Shown here piece by piece: positions 61,728 through 64,000 of a stretch of DNA of 64,000 nt. Made by a program: the position numbers and the translations under genes. The stretch lies in the IMG/VR virus record IMGVR_UViG_3300017917_003859, positions 64,001-128,000 of that record, one strand, 5' to 3'. Position 1 is the stretch's first letter. Every line of letters starts with the position of its first letter. Source of the stretch: a virus. The notes under the pieces are model-generated. The model was given only the letters and a program-made list of their open reading frames with translations. It ran no database searches and was not told where the DNA came from.

Positions 61728-62120
61728 ATGGAAAAAGAATTTGTAACATATGAACAAGCTCTAGCTCTTGAAGAATTGGGTTTTGATGAACCTGTAATTA
61801 ATGTATATGATCTTAAATCTAAGGAACTAGTATTAGATGAAGATGATGAAATGATATGGGCACCAGTTCTTCATAATAATGGAGCAACTATTTCAGCCCC
61901 ACTTTACCAACAAGCATTTAGATGGTTTAGAGAGAAGTATAAATTGATATCTTTTATAGGTTGTGATGAAAAGTTTTTCTTTTCAATAACTGACATACCC
62001 TATAAAGATAAATACTATTCTTCCCATGATGGGTTAGAACATAATGCGTTTTATGAAACTTATGAAGAAACAGAACAAGCCTGTCTAGATAAACTAATAG
62101 AAATAACTAAAAACAAATAA
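61728..62120 (+). CDS. Hypothetical protein, tandem paralog B
   Basis: Same three conserved blocks as 61286. Confidence 0.75.
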   Translation: MEKEFVTYEQALALEELGFDEPVINVYDLKSKELVLDEDDEMIWAPVLHNNGATISAPLYQQAFRWFREKYKLISFIGCDEKFFFSITDIPYKDKYYSSHDGLEHNAFYETYEETEQACLDKLIEITKNK

Positions 62121-62126
62121 TAGGTT

Positions 62127-62384
62127 ATGAAAAAAGAAAAAGGAATTATTACCAAAACCTGGTTAGAGGTAAAAAAATTCATTGAAGAAAAACAATTCGA
62201 TAAAGCAGAAGAAACAATAGATGTAGGAATTGCTCTATTATCTAAACTTACTTTGGATGGGTATGGAGATAAAGATGTAATTGAAAAAGTAAAAATGGAA
62301 GTGTGGAAAGAACGCTTCTGGATTACTCTAGAAAATCACATATGGGCTCGTCGTCCAGACTATAAAGAAAACTGGAAATGTTAA
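62127..62384 (+). CDS. Hypothetical protein
   Basis: ORF. Confidence 0.6.
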   Translation: MKKEKGIITKTWLEVKKFIEEKQFDKAEETIDVGIALLSKLTLDGYGDKDVIEKVKMEVWKERFWITLENHIWARRPDYKENWKC

Positions 62385-62388
62385 TACA

Positions 62389-62583
62389 ATGAGAAAAAAA
62401 CAAATTCAACAAAATCCTCAATACATTATTTTAAATGAACACGCTCAGGTATGGGTTGGGATTCGTGGTGAAGGATTATCATTTAGTGATAATTTGGATG
62501 AAGCAAAACCATTAGAAACCGATGAACAATTCAATCATTTGAAAAGAATGACTTTATTTAAATTAGAAAAAATATTTGTATAA
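62389..62583 (+). CDS. Hypothetical protein
   Basis: ORF. Confidence 0.6.
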   Translation: MRKKQIQQNPQYIILNEHAQVWVGIRGEGLSFSDNLDEAKPLETDEQFNHLKRMTLFKLEKIFV

Positions 62584-62859
62584 ATGGCTGAAAAACGAGG
62601 AAATACAGGTAAATTAAATTACGACTTTAATCAAGCTGCAAATCTAGAGGTACAAATAAATGATGTTTGGTATAGAGTAACACCTAGAGAATTTCGTTCA
62701 TTTAGTGGGCCACGCCGCATCAATGAAGCACAATATGCTGGTCCAACATATCTATTCGGAACAAATCAAATCATTACTAAATTTCCTAAAGTAGGAATTA
62801 TGTTTTTGAATGATGTAGATCCTAGAGTAAAAAGCACCAAAAAATATTATTGGGAATAA
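62584..62859 (+). CDS. Hypothetical protein
   Basis: ORF, 'WYRVTPREFRSFSGPRRI'. Confidence 0.65.
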   Translation: MAEKRGNTGKLNYDFNQAANLEVQINDVWYRVTPREFRSFSGPRRINEAQYAGPTYLFGTNQIITKFPKVGIMFLNDVDPRVKSTKKYYWE

Positions 62860-62866
62860 TAAAAAA

Positions 62867-62898
62867 CTTGGCTTACAAAATCCAATTTCATATATTAA
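62867..62898 (+). promoter_or_regulatory. Host-type promoter CTTGG-N19-TATATTAA
   Basis: Motif family; TTGGCTTACAAAAT shared with 44472. Confidence 0.7.
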
Positions 62899-62916
62899 CT
62901 TTAAAACAAACAAATT

Positions 62917-63021
62917 ATGAGTAAATCAAGTAACAAATCAAAAGTAGAAACACTTAAAACGTGGTTAGAAGATTTAAAAAAACGTAGAAAAACAAATTAT
63001 TCAAACTACCAAAAACACTAA
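62917..63021 (+). CDS. Small basic protein (34 aa)
   Basis: Not in track; MSKSSNKSKVETLKTWLEDLKKRRK... directly behind promoter. Confidence 0.5.
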   Translation: MSKSSNKSKVETLKTWLEDLKKRRKTNYSNYQKH

Positions 63022-63027
63022 CCTACC

Positions 63028-63750
63028 ATGGCTCGTACCAGTAAAGAATCAATAGATAATTGGTTTGATAATAATTTAGATTTAACTAACAGAATCATGT
63101 ATGTAGGCTCAGTTCATAATGCTCATGAACATGAATCTGGAGTTGATGCTTATATGGCAGAATATGCCATAAAAGGAATTCAATTACTTGAATTAAGAAA
63201 CTCAGAACCTATTACTATTATTATGAATAATCCTGGTGGGGATTTTTTTCATGGATTAGCAATTTATGATACTATAAAATATTCTTCATGTCATTGTACT
63301 ATTAAAGTATATGGTCATGCTATGAGTATGGGTAGTTTGATTTTACAAGCTGCTGATAAACGTATAATGATGCCTAACGCTAGATTTATGATTCATTATG
63401 GGTATGATGCTAAATATGATAATGTAAAAACTGTAGAAAAGTGGATTGATGAAGGAAAACGTTTAGCATATGAAATGGAAAATATATATTTGGATGTTAT
63501 GTTGGAAAAAGAAGAAAAAGAAGGACACGGTTATTTAGCTAAAATCATTTCGGGAATCATGGCTAGACAATCTGCTTTAGAATATCCTCTTCCAACAACT
63601 AAAATATATTCATTTTCTAAAAATTTAGATAAAAAAAGAGAAGAAATACGAGCAGTATTAAAAGAAATGCTTAATTTTGATACTATATTAAATGCTGAAG
63701 AAACAGTAGCTTTAGGATTTGCAGATGAAATTTATAAGTTAAAAAAATAG
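63028..63750 (+). CDS. clpP: ClpP-family protease
   Basis: 'NNPGG', 'AMSMG' (Ser), 'MIH' (His), 'FD...AEE...GFAD'. Confidence 0.85.
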   Translation: MARTSKESIDNWFDNNLDLTNRIMYVGSVHNAHEHESGVDAYMAEYAIKGIQLLELRNSEPITIIMNNPGGDFFHGLAIYDTIKYSSCHCTIKVYGHAMSMGSLILQAADKRIMMPNARFMIHYGYDAKYDNVKTVEKWIDEGKRLAYEMENIYLDVMLEKEEKEGHGYLAKIISGIMARQSALEYPLPTTKIYSFSKNLDKKREEIRAVLKEMLNFDTILNAEETVALGFADEIYKLKK

Positions 63751-63778
63751 GCTTACAAAATTTATCAATGTATATTTA
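63748..63778 (+). promoter_or_regulatory. Host-type promoter TAGG-N19-TATATTTA
   Basis: Motif family. Confidence 0.62.
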
Positions 63779-63782
63779 GATT

Positions 63783-64000
63783 ATGAAAATATTTAAATAT
63801 AATAAAAAAACACTCAATTTTGAGTCAATAAAATCATACAAATTATGGTTATCAATTATTAGTGCTTTATTAATCCTATTCTTAATAGGATGGGCTTCAG
63901 GTACTAATAAATATATTATTAATAAAATTGTAAATAAAACAGAAATCACTGATACATTAGTAGTTCATGGGCAAAAATTTAGTGAAGAAGCATTAGTTGA
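63783..64000 (+). CDS. Membrane-anchored protein, partial (runs off window)
   Basis: Not in track; MKIFKYNKK...LWLSIISALLILFLIGWASG... open to window end. Confidence 0.6.
   Translation, partial: MKIFKYNKKTLNFESIKSYKLWLSIISALLILFLIGWASGTNKYIINKIVNKTEITDTLVVHGQKFSEEALV

Noticed and set aside
61286-62120. Diversity-generating retroelement template/variable repeat pair
   Set aside because: No reverse transcriptase in the window and differences are not adenine-specific; both copies are intact genes.

Overview
The window is 64 kb of a large, very AT-rich (about one quarter G+C by eye) contractile-tailed dsDNA phage with a T4-like gene set. All credible genes are on the + strand in the standard genetic code. 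The host is probably Bacteroidota: promoters resemble the -33 TTTG / -7 TAnnTTTG consensus, starts lack Shine-Dalgarno sequences, and QueC lacks the zinc cysteines. Gene order: (1) tail sheath, tube, chaperone, tape measure and baseplate (1-10.6 kb); (2) replication genes: family A polymerase, SSB, RecA/UvsX, 5'-3' exonuclease, DnaB, class Ia RNR; (3) a 7-deazaguanine DNA-modification cluster (DpdA/TGT-like, queC, queD, queE, folE); (4) a split family B polymerase, sliding clamp, GroES/GroEL, clamp loader and exonuclease; (5) a ~17 kb glycosyltransferase, methyltransferase and sugar-enzyme island; (6) a small-gene accessory region ending in ClpP. The most striking pattern is at least eight unrelated proteins sharing short N-terminal leaders (MIKLxDLLxE, MKKSELRQIIKEEIxKxLxE, MKQQLNEE...KLNE), most ending in a prohead-protease-type (L/I)-x-E site. 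Their cargo domains include an Acb1-like 2H phosphodiesterase and an ADP-ribosyltransferase-like protein. They sit as single-gene insertions inside conserved operons, often behind the motif that also precedes tail genes. I interpret this as a candidate modular capsid-packaging and injection system for anti-defence effectors. All functional calls come from motif recognition only; no database searches were run.
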